A model generated the notes under the pieces. The model ran no database searches, had not been told where the DNA came from, and worked only from the letters and a program-made list of their open reading frames with translations. Below, one piece after another: positions 1 to 10,322 of a DNA stretch of 32,000 nucleotides (its first letter is position 1; each line of letters begins with the position of its first letter). The position numbers were made by a program, and so were the translations under genes. The stretch comes from Nitrosococcus oceani ATCC 19707 (GTDB taxonomy: Bacteria > Pseudomonadota > Gammaproteobacteria > Nitrosococcales > Nitrosococcaceae), in the NCBI RefSeq assembly GCF_000012805.1, contig NC_007484.1, positions 1,530,001-1,562,000 of the forward strand. Direction: 5' to 3'.

Positions 1-372
1 AAAAATAGCGAACAGCCAGTGATTGTAGCGGGTGATCTTAACGATGTCGCTTGGTCCTATACTACCACGCTTTTTCAGAAAACAAGCGGACTACTTGATC
101 CCCGCATCGGCCGCGGGATGTTTAACTCCTATAATGCCAAGCATCCCTTAATGCGCTGGCCTCTTGACCACCTTTTTCATTCAGAAGATTTTCTTCTGGT
201 AAGGATAGCCCGGATGCCGGCCTTTGGGTCCGATCATTTTCCTATCTATATTAAGCTTAGTCTTAACTCCAACGCCGAAAATCTCCAGGAGTCGCCTGAA
301 GAGCCGGATGCCGAAGATAAAGAATTTACAGCGGATACGCTCCAAAAGGTAGAGCAGAAAGAAGAAATTTAA
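1..372 (+). CDS. Endonuclease/exonuclease/phosphatase (EEP) family protein, C-terminal part; the 5' end lies outside the window
   Basis: The reading frame is open from base 1 (listed ORF 19..372). It has the GDLND and GSDHFP motifs typical of the EEP fold. The stop overlaps the convergent downstream gene by 4 nt. Confidence 0.7.
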   Translation, partial: KNSEQPVIVAGDLNDVAWSYTTTLFQKTSGLLDPRIGRGMFNSYNAKHPLMRWPLDHLFHSEDFLLVRIARMPAFGSDHFPIYIKLSLNSNAENLQESPEEPDAEDKEFTADTLQKVEQKEEI

Positions 373-1523
373 TCTTCATAGGAGCCTTTTCCCATCAGTT
401 CGCCGAGGGACGTTAGATTTTCCACATGATCGCAGCAAACTTTGATGATGATCAGAATGGGGGTGGCGACAATGAGTCCGATAGGTCCCCATAGCCAGCC
501 CCAAAATAGGAGACCTATAAAGACCACAACGGCATTGATGCTGGAGGTGCGGCTGGTCAACCAAGGGGTAAGCCAGTTGCCTTGAATGCCAGTAATGAGG
601 AGAGAGGCAGCGCCTACCCCAAGTCCCATCGTGATCGTGCCAAATTGCACCAGGGCCACGATTGTGGTGGCGGCGAACACCACGGCCGGCCCCAGGTAGG
701 GCACCGTGCTTGCTACCCCGGCAATGAGTCCCCAAAGCGCTGCTTGTTCTAGCCCAATCCATAGGAAGGCGCCCCAAGTGGCTAGCCCCACGAAAACGCC
801 TGAAATCACCAGCACAAATAAATGGCGGCGGATCTGCATGTTAATATCATCCAGGATTTGCACCGTCACCTTTTTTTCGGAGAGGGTGGGGCCTGTGATC
901 TTCACCAGCTTGCGTTTGTAGGTATCGCCAGAAACCAAGAACAACAGCACCAGCATGACGACTGTGGCCAACTGCGCGAGGAAGGCCAAAACCCCCAGTG
1001 AACCCCACCAGACATATTCTCCCAGCTTGAGTCCTGGCTCCACGATTTCCACCTTCATGACTCCCGGCTTGCTAGAGGTAGCGTTGTCATCTGCGGATTT
1101 AGTTGCTTCTTGTATTTTTTCTGCGGCCTCCTGAACTTTTTTGATGACTCCTTCACGGGAGTCGGCGGGTTTAACTTGCATGGAATGGCGTAGCGTTTGC
1201 ACCGCTTGGGGGATCTTATCCAGAAGCACCATAGCTTGGTCTCTAAGGGTATAGCTACCATAGCCCAGGAGTCCTATAAACAGCATTACCAGTAGCGTTG
1301 CCCCCAGCCAGCGGGGCACTTTAAGCCGTTCCAGGGCGCTGACTATGGGGTCCAGGGAATAGCTTACTAATATGCTGAACACCAATGGCACCAATACTGC
1401 CTGGGTCCACTGTAACATCAGGATCGTGGCAAATAGAGCGAGCAGCGCCAGCGCGGTGCTGCGGACATCAATGGGTCCGGCTACTGCGGAGGAGGGCGAC
1501 GATTCTTGGGAATCTGATGGCAT
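369..1523 (-). CDS. AI-2E family transporter (PerM/UPF0118-type membrane protein)
   Basis: 384-aa ORF with many hydrophobic helices, a central soluble loop and a C-terminal [19 protein letters not shown] segment characteristic of this family. Confidence 0.85.
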   Translation of the reverse strand: MPSDSQESSPSSAVAGPIDVRSTALALLALFATILMLQWTQAVLVPLVFSILVSYSLDPIVSALERLKVPRWLGATLLVMLFIGLLGYGSYTLRDQAMVLLDKIPQAVQTLRHSMQVKPADSREGVIKKVQEAAEKIQEATKSADDNATSSKPGVMKVEIVEPGLKLGEYVWWGSLGVLAFLAQLATVVMLVLLFLVSGDTYKRKLVKITGPTLSEKKVTVQILDDINMQIRRHLFVLVISGVFVGLATWGAFLWIGLEQAALWGLIAGVASTVPYLGPAVVFAATTIVALVQFGTITMGLGVGAASLLITGIQGNWLTPWLTSRTSSINAVVVFIGLLFWGWLWGPIGLIVATPILIIIKVCCDHVENLTSLGELMGKGSYED

Positions 1524-1737
1524 CGTATGGCGGTTATTTATGGTGAAAATGACAACTGTAACAGATAAATCGATAAAATTATTGCTTATATCCCCCTAGT
1601 ATATTCTACGGGTAAGGAAATTTTCTGTTCTTTTGCCAATATTCAGATTGACTATCCGCGCAAGGCTCTGGATGATCGTGTCAAGGTCTCCGAGCGAGAC
1701 CATCCAGGTGGAAATGCAAGGGGATAGATGAGGCATC

Positions 1738-2679
1738 ATGGAATTTAAAGACTACTACCAAATCATGGACATCAAGCGCGATGCCACGCAGGATGAGATC
1801 AAGCGCGCCTACCGCAAGCTGGCGCGCAAATACCACCCGGACGTCAGCAAGGAGCCGGAAGCTGAGGTGCGTTTCAAGGAAGTTGGCGAGGCTTACGAGG
1901 TGCTCAAGGACCCGGAGAAACGCGCCGCCTATGACCAGTTGGGCGCCAACTGGAAGGAGGGCCAGGATTTCCGGCCGCCACCAGACTGGGATCAGGGATT
2001 CGAGTTCCACGGTGGTGGTTTTACCGGGGGCGATGCTGAACAATTTAGCGATTTCTTTGAGAGCCTGTTCGGGCGCGGCGGGTTTGGCGGGCGCAGGCAA
2101 CGCGAGTTTCATGCCCGGGGGGAGGATACTTACGCCAAGATCCTGATCGATCTGGAGGACGCCTATCAGGGTGCCACTCGTACTCTCACCCTGAAGCATT
2201 CTGAGCTGGGACCCGATGGCCGGCCTCAGCTCAAGGAACGCATGCTCAATGTGCGTATCCCCAAGGGTGTGCGCCAGGGGCAGAACATTCGTCTAACCGG
2301 GCAGGGCGGTGCCGGTGCCGGCAAGGGAGGCGCTGGCGACTTATATCTGGAAGTCGAGTTCAAGCCCCATCCCTTCTACAAAGCCGAGGGCAAAGATATT
2401 TACCTGAACCTGCCGGTGGCGCCCTGGGAAGCGGCATTGGGCGCCACAGTCAAGGTGCCGACGCCTTCGGGAACCGTTGACTTGAAGATTCCTCCAAACT
2501 CATGGAGTGGGCGTAAACTGCGCCTCAAGGGCCGCGGCATTCCCGCTAAGGAATCAGGGGATTTTTATGTGGTACTGGAGATTGCTTTGCCTAAAGCGGA
2601 TACCGACAAGGCTAAAGCGGTCTATGCGGAATTTGAGAAGGCGCTCGGCTTCAATCCACGCGCCAGACTGGGAGTGTGA
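1738..2679 (+). CDS. cbpA: Curved DNA-binding protein CbpA (DnaJ-like co-chaperone)
   Basis: N-terminal J-domain with the HPD motif (KYHPDVS), a G/F-rich linker, DnaJ C-terminal domains and no zinc finger. It is followed 6 nt later by cbpM. Confidence 0.9.
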   Translation: MEFKDYYQIMDIKRDATQDEIKRAYRKLARKYHPDVSKEPEAEVRFKEVGEAYEVLKDPEKRAAYDQLGANWKEGQDFRPPPDWDQGFEFHGGGFTGGDAEQFSDFFESLFGRGGFGGRRQREFHARGEDTYAKILIDLEDAYQGATRTLTLKHSELGPDGRPQLKERMLNVRIPKGVRQGQNIRLTGQGGAGAGKGGAGDLYLEVEFKPHPFYKAEGKDIYLNLPVAPWEAALGATVKVPTPSGTVDLKIPPNSWSGRKLRLKGRGIPAKESGDFYVVLEIALPKADTDKAKAVYAEFEKALGFNPRARLGV

Positions 2680-2685
2680 TCTGAC

Positions 2686-3000
2686 ATGAGCCATGAATTG
2701 ATGAACTCGTTAACAGGCGAAATCCTAGAAGAGGATGTGGAGCTAACTCTAGCAGAACTATGCCGGACCTGTCAGGTAACGGCCGAGCGGGTATTTCAAC
2801 TGGTTGAGTACGGTGTGGTTGAGCCACAGGGATACCGGCCTGAACAGTGGCGCTTTCGTGGTGTCAGCGTGCGGCGTATCCGCTGCGCCCAGCGTCTGGA
2901 GCAGGATCTGGAGGTCAATCTTGCTGGTACCGCGCTGGCCCTGGAGCTGTTGGACGAATTGACGCAGCTACGCGCACGGCTGCAAAGGCTTGAAGATTAG
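2686..3000 (+). CDS. cbpM: Chaperone modulatory protein CbpM (MerR-like fold)
   Basis: 104-aa ORF immediately downstream of cbpA. Size, position and sequence are typical of CbpM. Confidence 0.8.
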   Translation: MSHELMNSLTGEILEEDVELTLAELCRTCQVTAERVFQLVEYGVVEPQGYRPEQWRFRGVSVRRIRCAQRLEQDLEVNLAGTALALELLDELTQLRARLQRLED

Positions 3001-3017
3001 AGCCCTTTCCTTTGACC

Positions 3018-3031
3018 GGCACTGTTGCAAA
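3018..3031 (+). repeat. IS6-family terminal inverted repeat (IS26-type GGCACTGTTGCAAA)
   Basis: Exact 14-mer ggcactgttgcaaa at 3018-3031, pointing into the transposase remnant, 18 nt after the cbpM stop. Confidence 0.85.
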
Positions 3032-3585
3032 AAAATTGCTGCGCGTATTTTTGAGCAAAAGATCAATTTTCGTAGATTCTCACGATGGTTGTACGCGGCG
3101 TATTTAATGTGTCCTGAGAGGCATGGCTTCAGATCAGGATTTTTGCTTATTTCATCCTGAAGGGTTTGCATAGCTTCTGCCAAGACATTGGCTCCCAGAC
3201 CAAACGTTCTTTCGATCAGCCGCACTTCTCCCTTGATTCCGTTCTGGAATCGTCCAGCACGAAACTGCCTTTTTTTCAAAGCCCGCATGATTTCAAACCC
3301 TTTGATCGTGGCAAGGGCGGTTTTCATGGATTTAAATCCGAGCGTCGCTTTTATCAAGCGTTTGAGCTTTCCGTGATCGGCCTCGACAATATTATTGAGA
3401 TATTTGACCTGCCGATGTTCGGTGTCATGCGGGCACTCGCCTTCTTTTTTGAGTTCATCAATGGCAACGCCGTAGCATCCCGCTTTGTCCGTATTGATCT
3501 GGAAGCTGTACTCCCCCTGCCGGCTGGTTTCGAAATTCGAGCGTGCGCTCGAATCCCATATTGACGGGGGGGGCCAGGTTATCAA
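3018..3585 (-). pseudogene. IS6-family transposase, 5'-truncated remnant (C-terminal catalytic part only)
   Basis: The translation INTDKAGCYGVAIDELKKEGECPHDTEHRQVKYLNNIVEADHGKLKRLIKATLGFKSMKTALATIKGFEIMRALKK (about 3193-3498) aligns closely with the C-terminal third of IS26 Tnp26 as I recall it. The N-terminal HTH and the first part of the DDE domain are absent. The ORF runs out through the IR to 2968. Confidence 0.8.
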
Positions 3586-3902
3586 GACTCAATGTAAAGC
3601 GGTATCGGTGCGCCCCGAAAACACCGGGATTGAATCCGTCGGAACTGCTAGTAGCAACACAATAGGGGGTTGTGTTGGCTAAACCAGAGTCTGACCTACT
3701 GTTGCAGGAGGAAATTCAATAGGAAGTTAGCCGCTGAAGATTTATTAAAATCTACTTCTACGAAGAGATATGGTTTTAACAGTAGGAATATTCGATAAAA
3801 TAACATAAGTGCTATTCTAGCTCAGGCCGGCGTGATGATACGGTGTCTAGGCTCGTCTTGGTGAAGGGTGGCAATTTTATAATAGATAATAAAGGAGCCA
3901 AA

Positions 3903-5630
3903 ATGAGAAAAAATTTTTCTCCTTTTTTAGGGAGTGCAGTCCTTTTATTTTTGACTTTATTGTTATTATTCCCAGGCATTCCAGAGACACGAGCAGCAGA
4001 AAATAATACTCATTGGGATGCGTTTGTTCACAATTTTGTCGAAAAATATTTTGCTGCCAATCCTGACTTTGCGGTACGTGCCGGTCGACATGAATTTGAT
4101 GGCAAGTTGCCTGATTGGAGCCCCGAAGCGCTTGCTAAAGAAGTAGCGCGACTGCGGTCGGAGCGCCAGCGGGCGCTTGCTTTCGAGGTTGCTTCCTTAA
4201 CAGCAAGCCAGCGTTTTGAACGTGATTATTTGGTTGCCTGGATTGATAAGGATCTCTTCTGGTTGGAAACAGCGGAGTGGCCCTATAGAAATCCGGCATT
4301 TTATACCCAAGAACTTGATCCTAATGTTTACCTAAGCCGTCCTTATGCCCCCTTAGAAGAGCGTATGCGTGCTTATATTGCTTATGCTGAAGCTATTCCT
4401 GCCGCAGCCAAGCAAATTCGCCATAACTTGAGAACCCCACTGCCCCGAACCTATGTGGATATTGGCGAGAAGGTGTTTGGGGGACTTGCCGCCTACTATG
4501 AACGAGATGCGCCCGCCATTTTCAGCACTGTGGAGAATGAACGGCTACAAAGAAAATTTCGGGCAGCCAACCGGCATGCCATTCGCGCGATGAAGGAATT
4601 GCAGCAATGGCTGCAGACCCAGCGGACCAATGCCACTAGTGACTTTGCCTTAGGCGCGCCTCTTTTTCGTGCTCTATTGCGCGAGGCTGAGGGCGTGAAG
4701 ATTTCCCTTGAGCGGCTAGAACAAATAGGGCGCCAAGATCTTAAGCGTAATCTTGTCGCTTTACAGAAAGCATGCGGTAATTATGCTCCTAGCAAAACCG
4801 TATCGGAATGCATTGAAAAAGCACGAGCCGTAAAACCTGAGAAAGGTCCTGTCGAAGAAGCTCGCCGCCAGCTCCAGAAACTTAAGGAGTTTGTGATTGC
4901 TAAAGATTTAGTGACTATTCCTAGTGCCGAGCAAGCCCAGGTGGCCGCCTCTCCCCCTTATATGCAATGGAATTTTGCTTATATTGACATTCCTGGCCCT
5001 TTTGATAAAGGGCTGCCTGCTATTTATTATGTGGCGCCTCCTGATCCGGCCTGGTCAAAAGCGGAACGGGAGGACTACCTTGCGGATAAGGCGGACTTAC
5101 TATTTGTATCGGTGCATGAAGTTTGGCCAGGCCATTTTCTACAATTTTTGCATTCCAATCGGGTTGCCTCCCCCTTAGGAAAACTTTTTGTGGGTTATGG
5201 TTTTGCTGAGGGCTGGGCCCACTATGTGGAAGAGATGATGTGGAAAGCTGGACTAGGTCATGGCGACCCGGAAATCCATATCGGCCAATTGCTTAATGCC
5301 CTATTGCGGAATGTGCGTTATTTGTCCGCGATAGGATTGCACACTCAAAGGATGACTTTGGAAGAGTCGGAGCGCATGTTCCAGGAATTTGCTCATCAGG
5401 ATGTAGGTACGGCAAGGCAACAGGCAGCGCGGGGAACGTTTGATCCAGCTTACATCACCTACACCCTAGGGAAATTGATGATTAAGAAGTTACGGGAAGA
5501 ATGGACCGCTACCCGAGGAGAACGCGAGGGATGGAGGGTATTTCATGATAAATTTCTTTCCTATGGTGGGCCGCCTATCCCCTTAATTCGGAAAGAGATG
5601 CTTGGAGAAAATGCGGGTCCTGCTCTTTAA
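3903..5630 (+). CDS. DUF885 family protein (putative secreted/periplasmic metallopeptidase-like)
   Basis: HEVWPGHFLQ motif and about 575 aa length fit DUF885. I prefer the ATG at 3903, which has an AAGGAG 6 nt upstream and is followed by a signal peptide (MRKNFSPFLGSAVLLFLTLLLLFPGIPETRA). The GTG at 3843 in the ORF track is probably not the start. Confidence 0.8.
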   Translation: MRKNFSPFLGSAVLLFLTLLLLFPGIPETRAAENNTHWDAFVHNFVEKYFAANPDFAVRAGRHEFDGKLPDWSPEALAKEVARLRSERQRALAFEVASLTASQRFERDYLVAWIDKDLFWLETAEWPYRNPAFYTQELDPNVYLSRPYAPLEERMRAYIAYAEAIPAAAKQIRHNLRTPLPRTYVDIGEKVFGGLAAYYERDAPAIFSTVENERLQRKFRAANRHAIRAMKELQQWLQTQRTNATSDFALGAPLFRALLREAEGVKISLERLEQIGRQDLKRNLVALQKACGNYAPSKTVSECIEKARAVKPEKGPVEEARRQLQKLKEFVIAKDLVTIPSAEQAQVAASPPYMQWNFAYIDIPGPFDKGLPAIYYVAPPDPAWSKAEREDYLADKADLLFVSVHEVWPGHFLQFLHSNRVASPLGKLFVGYGFAEGWAHYVEEMMWKAGLGHGDPEIHIGQLLNALLRNVRYLSAIGLHTQRMTLEESERMFQEFAHQDVGTARQQAARGTFDPAYITYTLGKLMIKKLREEWTATRGEREGWRVFHDKFLSYGGPPIPLIRKEMLGENAGPAL

Positions 5631-5751
5631 AGGGGGGTAAATTAAATATTAGTCTTCTTGGTTTGGAGAAAATGAGTACTCGCTGGCCTTGAAGCATTCA
5701 TTGTTTCTAACTAAGGGAACCTCAATGACGTTAAAGGAGTGTAGATTGCAC

Positions 5752-6294
5752 TTATCCTTTGTTCTTTTCTACACGTGTTGGGACTTCCCTTGTTTCCCAT
5801 AATAGCCATAAAACGATAATACCGAGTGCTCCGCAAATAATGCAAAACATATGCAGGTGAAAATTGCTAATAGCCCCCCAAAAGCCATTGATTAATGAGA
5901 AAGGGGCAAAAGGCTGTATATCGGCATGCATGATGCTATCCATCAGGACATGGCTATAGGCGCCAAATATGGCTGCTGTAGCTGCTGCCTTCCATGAAAT
6001 TCTGGGTGTGATATAAAGCCAGTGATAGTGTTTTTCTTTGAGTCGAGCATTCCATAATCCAATTCCCCATTGACATAGCGGTCTTCCTATTAGGATGGCG
6101 AGAAAAGCGATTAAAGTAGCTCCGATATAAGTATGCAAAAATCGGTGGACAGGGGATTCATTCTGAAGCAAAAAATAGAATGCCTCCATATCAATGGCCA
6201 ATTGGGTAAAAACAAACACGGGAAAACTAAAATATTGTGGTACGACAGATTTCATCTGTACGCCTAGACCAAGATGTATGATAGTAGCTGGCAT
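5752..6294 (-). CDS. Integral membrane protein, possibly a YdjM/DUF457-like metal-dependent hydrolase
   Basis: Multi-pass hydrophobic ORF with conserved-looking His/Asp motifs (IIHLGLG, YSHVLMDSIMHADIQPFAPFS). I prefer the ATG at 6294 (GAGGG upstream) over 6333. The family call is tentative. Confidence 0.5.
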   Translation of the reverse strand: MPATIIHLGLGVQMKSVVPQYFSFPVFVFTQLAIDMEAFYFLLQNESPVHRFLHTYIGATLIAFLAILIGRPLCQWGIGLWNARLKEKHYHWLYITPRISWKAAATAAIFGAYSHVLMDSIMHADIQPFAPFSLINGFWGAISNFHLHMFCIICGALGIIVLWLLWETREVPTRVEKNKG

Positions 6295-6472
6295 GGTATA
6301 ATCCCTCGGAAATAGTATTACGGTATAAAGCAATCGCTTTCCTTAAATTTTTACACTGAGCATAAGGAGTTGACAACCTTTAAATGATAGGAAATGTGCA
6401 ATAGCGCCGTAGTTTTTTGGAGATAAACGCATGCCCATTTTTCAGATCATGCTCGCTTAGGGAATTGCTATA

Positions 6473-8791
6473 TCACCTATTTAAATCTGGGATAGCTTCA
6501 GCTAGCACCTCTTCAATCCGTCTGGCTAGAATAAATTGAATGCTTTGCCGGACATGCTCGGGAATTTCCCGCAAGTCTTTCTCATTTTCTTTGGGAAGAA
6601 TGATCCGCTGGATGCCGGACCGGTGGGCGGCAAGCACTTTCTCTTTAATCCCTCCCACGGGAAGGACTAAACCACTCAGTGTTATTTCCCCTGTCATTGC
6701 CGTATCGCTGCGAACAGGTTGATGGGCGTAAGCGGAAGTGAGTGCTGAAGCCATGGTGACTCCGGCCGAGGGGCCATCTTTAGGGATAGCGCCCGCTGGA
6801 ACATGAATGTGGACCCCCGATTCCCGGATGGTTTTTTGATCGATGTTAAGTTCTTCGGCGCGGGACCAGAGGTAGCTTTGGGCAGCTTTTGCTGATTCTT
6901 GCATGATACTGCCCAGCTGTCCCGTCAGAGTCATCCCTTTCCCTTCTGGTAGCAGAGCCGCTTCCACGTACAAGACATCGCCGCCCGCTTCGGTCCAAGC
7001 TAAGCCTGCCGCGACCCCGGGGGCGAGCTGCTGGCGCATTTCTTCAGCGAAAAATCGCTCTGGTCCTAGTAATTCGACAAGGTCTTGCGGCGTGACGGTT
7101 ACCGGCTGAGTTTGACCAGTGGCGACTTGGGTAGCCACTTTGCGGGCAATTCGCCCCAGCATCCGCTCTAGTTCACGCACTCCGGCTTCCCGAGTATAAC
7201 GCCGAATAAGGTAACTTAATGTCTCATCCGGTATGGAGAGTTGGATCTCGGAAAGGCCGGCTTCTCTAATTTGCCGTCCAATTAGATAACGACGGGCGAT
7301 ATGTTGTTTTTCTTCGTCACTGTACCCCGGTAGCCGCAGAATCTCCATCCGATCAAGCAGAGGGCGGGGGATGGTATCTAACGTATTAGCGGTGGTGACG
7401 AAGAAGATTTTAGAAAGATCGAAAGGCAGATCCAAGTAGTTATCATGAAATTCGGCATTCTGGGCGGGATCAAGAATCTCTAATAATGCCGCCGCCGGAT
7501 CGCCGCGAAAATCCCGGCCCAGTTTGTCGATTTCATCCAACATTAGAAGCGGATTCTGGTAACCAGTACGGCGAATGGCGCGAATGATTCGGCCAGGCAT
7601 AGCACCAATGTAGGTGCGGCGATGGCCGCGCAACTCCGATTCATCATGCAGGCCACCAAGACTCATGCGCTCGAATTTTCGTCCCAAGGCGCGGGCCATG
7701 GATTGTCCCACCGAGGTTTTACCAACTCCAGGGGGGCCAACGAAGCAAAGAATGGGCGATTTAGCTTCCGGGTTGAGTTTCATCACCGCCAGATGTTCGA
7801 TGATCCGTTCTTTGACGTCTTCCAAGTCGAAGTGATCTTCATCGAGGATCTCGCGCGCCCTTTTGAGATCTAAACGATCTTCCGTGGTTTTATTCCAGGG
7901 TAATTCTAGGGCTAGCTCCACGTAACCGCGGGTCAGCTGATAATCAGGAGCAGCCGAAGGCATCCGTTCCAATCGGGTAATTTCTTTCTCCACTTCTTTG
8001 CGGACCAGCTCCGGGAGTTCCGTTTCTTCCATTCGCTGGCGTAACTCCTTGATCTCAGCCTGTTCAGGGTTAGTCTCCCCCAGTTCTTCTTGGATGGCCT
8101 CTAATTGCTGGCGTAGGACATATTCACGCTGTTTCTTATCTATCTCTGTTTGGGCGGTGCTGGTGATTTTTTGCCGCACCTCCAGAACCTGCACTTCGTG
8201 GTTAAGATAACGGTGCATTAACTGCAAGGCTTCTACCTGGGTAGCGGCAGCCAGCAGTTCTTTCTCCTTGTCAAAATCCAGCGAGAGGATAGAGGTGAGA
8301 AGATAGATCTGGTGGAGGGGCTTTTCCACGTCGGAAATAATGTGGTGGATGCCGACCTGGATCTGGGGTTGCACCAGTTCAATCATTTTGCCAGCGAGTT
8401 CGATAACAGTTCGGTGCAAGGCTTCGATTTCAGTGCCCGTATCCGAGGGTTCAGAGAGAGTGGCAATTTTGAGGGAAAGATAAGGTTGCTTCTGGACCAT
8501 TTCTAGCTGCTCAACCCGCTCTATTCCCTGAACTAGAATCTGAACCGTATCCTCGCTCCTGACCATCTTTTTGATGATTCCTACCGTGCCAAAGCGGAAT
8601 AAATCATCCGCAGCGGGTTCGTCAGTCCGGGGATCCTTTTGAGGAAAGACAGCAATTAGTTTATCTTCGCTGCTCAGCGCCGCCTCGACTGCGGCTATAG
8701 ATCCTGCTCGCCCCACCGACAGGGGAAGGACCAGGTGGGGAAAGAGGACAGTATTTTTAAGCGGCAATGTTGGATAAGCGTTGTTTTCCAT
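6473..8791 (-). CDS. lon: ATP-dependent Lon protease (LonA type)
   Basis: LON N-domain, Walker [10 protein letters not shown], Walker [10 protein letters not shown], and an S16 protease domain with DGPSAGV catalytic Ser and [10 protein letters not shown] Lys. The start lies 1 nt after the hsp20 stop. Confidence 0.95.
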   Translation of the reverse strand: MENNAYPTLPLKNTVLFPHLVLPLSVGRAGSIAAVEAALSSEDKLIAVFPQKDPRTDEPAADDLFRFGTVGIIKKMVRSEDTVQILVQGIERVEQLEMVQKQPYLSLKIATLSEPSDTGTEIEALHRTVIELAGKMIELVQPQIQVGIHHIISDVEKPLHQIYLLTSILSLDFDKEKELLAAATQVEALQLMHRYLNHEVQVLEVRQKITSTAQTEIDKKQREYVLRQQLEAIQEELGETNPEQAEIKELRQRMEETELPELVRKEVEKEITRLERMPSAAPDYQLTRGYVELALELPWNKTTEDRLDLKRAREILDEDHFDLEDVKERIIEHLAVMKLNPEAKSPILCFVGPPGVGKTSVGQSMARALGRKFERMSLGGLHDESELRGHRRTYIGAMPGRIIRAIRRTGYQNPLLMLDEIDKLGRDFRGDPAAALLEILDPAQNAEFHDNYLDLPFDLSKIFFVTTANTLDTIPRPLLDRMEILRLPGYSDEEKQHIARRYLIGRQIREAGLSEIQLSIPDETLSYLIRRYTREAGVRELERMLGRIARKVATQVATGQTQPVTVTPQDLVELLGPERFFAEEMRQQLAPGVAAGLAWTEAGGDVLYVEAALLPEGKGMTLTGQLGSIMQESAKAAQSYLWSRAEELNIDQKTIRESGVHIHVPAGAIPKDGPSAGVTMASALTSAYAHQPVRSDTAMTGEITLSGLVLPVGGIKEKVLAAHRSGIQRIILPKENEKDLREIPEHVRQSIQFILARRIEEVLAEAIPDLNR

Positions 8792-8792
8792 T

Positions 8793-9167
8793 TCACAAAC
8801 CCTCTTGAGACGTTACTTCTAGCCAGATGAGCAGCATCCCATCACGGTATTTGGTGGTGATGCGAGCCTGCTCCAAAGGAGCAGGAAACTCAATCGCACG
8901 CCTAAAGCGGTTATAAGCAATTTCCATGGAGTAATATTGCTGCCCGGCTTCTACTATCCAGTCTCGGCGTAAGCCTTGGACTACCAAACGTTGCTCGTGA
9001 ATACTAAGGTGAATATCTTCGTTGCGAATCCCAGCAAGATCTAGTTTAACTAGCCATCCTCGTTCAATGCGATAGATATCGGCGGGAGGCTGCCAAACGC
9101 TTTCTTGATAGGCTTGTTCTTCAGAATTAATGAATACCTGTTTCATGCTAGAAAAATAAGTTGCCAT
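8793..9167 (-). CDS. Hsp20/alpha-crystallin family small heat-shock protein
   Basis: 124-aa ORF with an alpha-crystallin domain (ADIYRIERGWLVKLDLAGI ... YRDGMLLIWL). No clear Shine-Dalgarno sequence is seen upstream. Confidence 0.85.
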   Translation of the reverse strand: MATYFSSMKQVFINSEEQAYQESVWQPPADIYRIERGWLVKLDLAGIRNEDIHLSIHEQRLVVQGLRRDWIVEAGQQYYSMEIAYNRFRRAIEFPAPLEQARITTKYRDGMLLIWLEVTSQEGL

Positions 9168-9272
9168 GAGGGAAAAATTGCCTGTAACAATGACTCTAAA
9201 GACCGTTAAACGGTAAATCCTCGGGGGCCCCCCTAGGTAAAATTCTAACTTTCATTAATTATCTCTATAAAG

Positions 9273-9302
9273 CGTAGGGGATTGGAGCTCAAGCGGCAAG
9301 GG
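9273..9302 (-). promoter_or_regulatory. Candidate sigma32 (RpoH)-type heat-shock promoter for hsp20-lon
   Basis: The minus strand reads cgCCCTTGccg-N13-CCCCTAcgcT, about 100 nt upstream of the hsp20 ATG. This is a partial match to CCCTTGAA-N13/15-CCCCATNT. Confidence 0.3.
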
Positions 9303-9344
9303 CGTTGAGTTGTCATCTTGTTAACCCTGAAGTATTTAAAATGG

Positions 9345-10127
9345 TTATCTGCCGGAGTTTGAAATGAGTGGGAGTCCATTCTGGAACACGACTAGGGTTC
9401 CTGGGGGGATTAGGGTCCAGGATTCGTTATCCGTAAGAGGGGCGGTGGCAATGACGGCAACCTGATCCCGCTCGGTGGTGACTTCCCTAAAATCAACTGT
9501 TATATCCTTATCCACTAAATGAGCCTGGCCAAAGGGATGACGCCGAACGATATAGCTTAGCTGGGTAGAGCCGTGGGCAAATAAATGCTTCCCATTGGAA
9601 AGTATAAAATTGAAACTGCCGTAAGCGGCGATTTTCGCTGCTGTGGCGCATAGGGTTCGATGTAACGCTGGTAGCGTAGGCATGCCGCCGGGGTGGCGGT
9701 CTTTCAGCTCTTGTAACAGAAGGCAAAAAGCCTGCTCGCTATCAGTTTCTCCAACCGGCTGAAAGTCAGTTAGAAGGGGCGGGATAAAATCTTTCAAATC
9801 GCCATTATGAGCAAAAATCCAGTAGTGTCCCCAGAGTTCCCGGACGAAAGGATGGGTGTTTTCCAGACGTATTTTACCTACGGTAGCCTTACGGATGTGG
9901 GCAATCACATTGAGGGATTTAATTGGATATTCCTTGACCAAATGGGCAACGGGAGAATGAGTAGCGGGTAAAATATCCACAAAATTCCGGCAGCCTTTCC
10001 CCTCAAAGAAAGCGATTCCCCAACCGTCCCGGTGCTCATCGGTACCGCCGCCGCGTTGACTAAAGCCCTCAAAGGAGAAACAGATATCGGTGGGTACGTT
10101 ACAATTCATTCCAAGTAATTGGCACAC
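9345..10127 (-). CDS. Class II (Ntn) glutamine amidotransferase, YafJ-like
   Basis: N-terminal MCQLLG with a Cys2 nucleophile. The 260-aa length and the DGWGIAFF and HNGDL motifs are typical of YafJ-type GATase 2 proteins. Confidence 0.8.
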   Translation of the reverse strand: MCQLLGMNCNVPTDICFSFEGFSQRGGGTDEHRDGWGIAFFEGKGCRNFVDILPATHSPVAHLVKEYPIKSLNVIAHIRKATVGKIRLENTHPFVRELWGHYWIFAHNGDLKDFIPPLLTDFQPVGETDSEQAFCLLLQELKDRHPGGMPTLPALHRTLCATAAKIAAYGSFNFILSNGKHLFAHGSTQLSYIVRRHPFGQAHLVDKDITVDFREVTTERDQVAVIATAPLTDNESWTLIPPGTLVVFQNGLPLISNSGR

Positions 10128-10322
10128 GGGGATAAACCTCTATGGAATACGGGTTCAGGTATCAGAGTGGCGTATTCTGTATACTATTAAAAAATTATTG
10201 CAAGGGAGGGGCCTCTTAACCAATGTTGAGGGTGTTTTGTAAGTCCGCAAAAGTACAATCGTAACCGAATTATAACGACAATGGGAGCCATCTAGGCATC
10301 TCTGATAGAGAGTAAAAACACG

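Noticed and set aside
376-1599. Alternative-frame and antisense ORFs inside the AI-2E transporter gene (376..777, 706..921, 1055..1261, 1372..1599)
   Set aside because: They lie entirely within or against a well-supported membrane-protein ORF. Their translations are Arg/Pro/His-rich junk, typical of off-frame reading.
1648-1676. Sigma70-like promoter TTGACT-N17-GATGAT upstream of cbpA
   Set aside because: The hexamer match is weak at -10 and unsupported by any other evidence, so it is not reported as a feature.
1681-2199. 172-aa antisense ORF and 121-aa off-frame ORF (1781..2146) over cbpA
   Set aside because: cbpA has an unambiguous J-domain in its own frame. These are shadow ORFs in a GC-rich stretch.
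3695-3708. Second IS26-like end (cctactgttgcagg) that might close the IS6 remnant
   Set aside because: Only a 9-nt core (actgttgca) matches. It is in the same orientation as the 3018 repeat rather than inverted, so it cannot be the partner IR. It is probably chance.
3843-3902. GTG-initiated 20-codon N-terminal extension of the DUF885 ORF
   Set aside because: The internal ATG at 3903 has a good AAGGAG and begins a canonical signal peptide. The extension adds a non-hydrophobic leader that would bury the signal.
9168-9272. Palindromes in the hsp20 leader (accgtttaacggt, gggggcccccc on the coding strand), considered as a ROSE-type RNA thermometer
   Set aside because: I could not find a Shine-Dalgarno sequence for them to occlude, nor the characteristic U(U/C)GCU anti-SD element. 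This is speculative without structure prediction.
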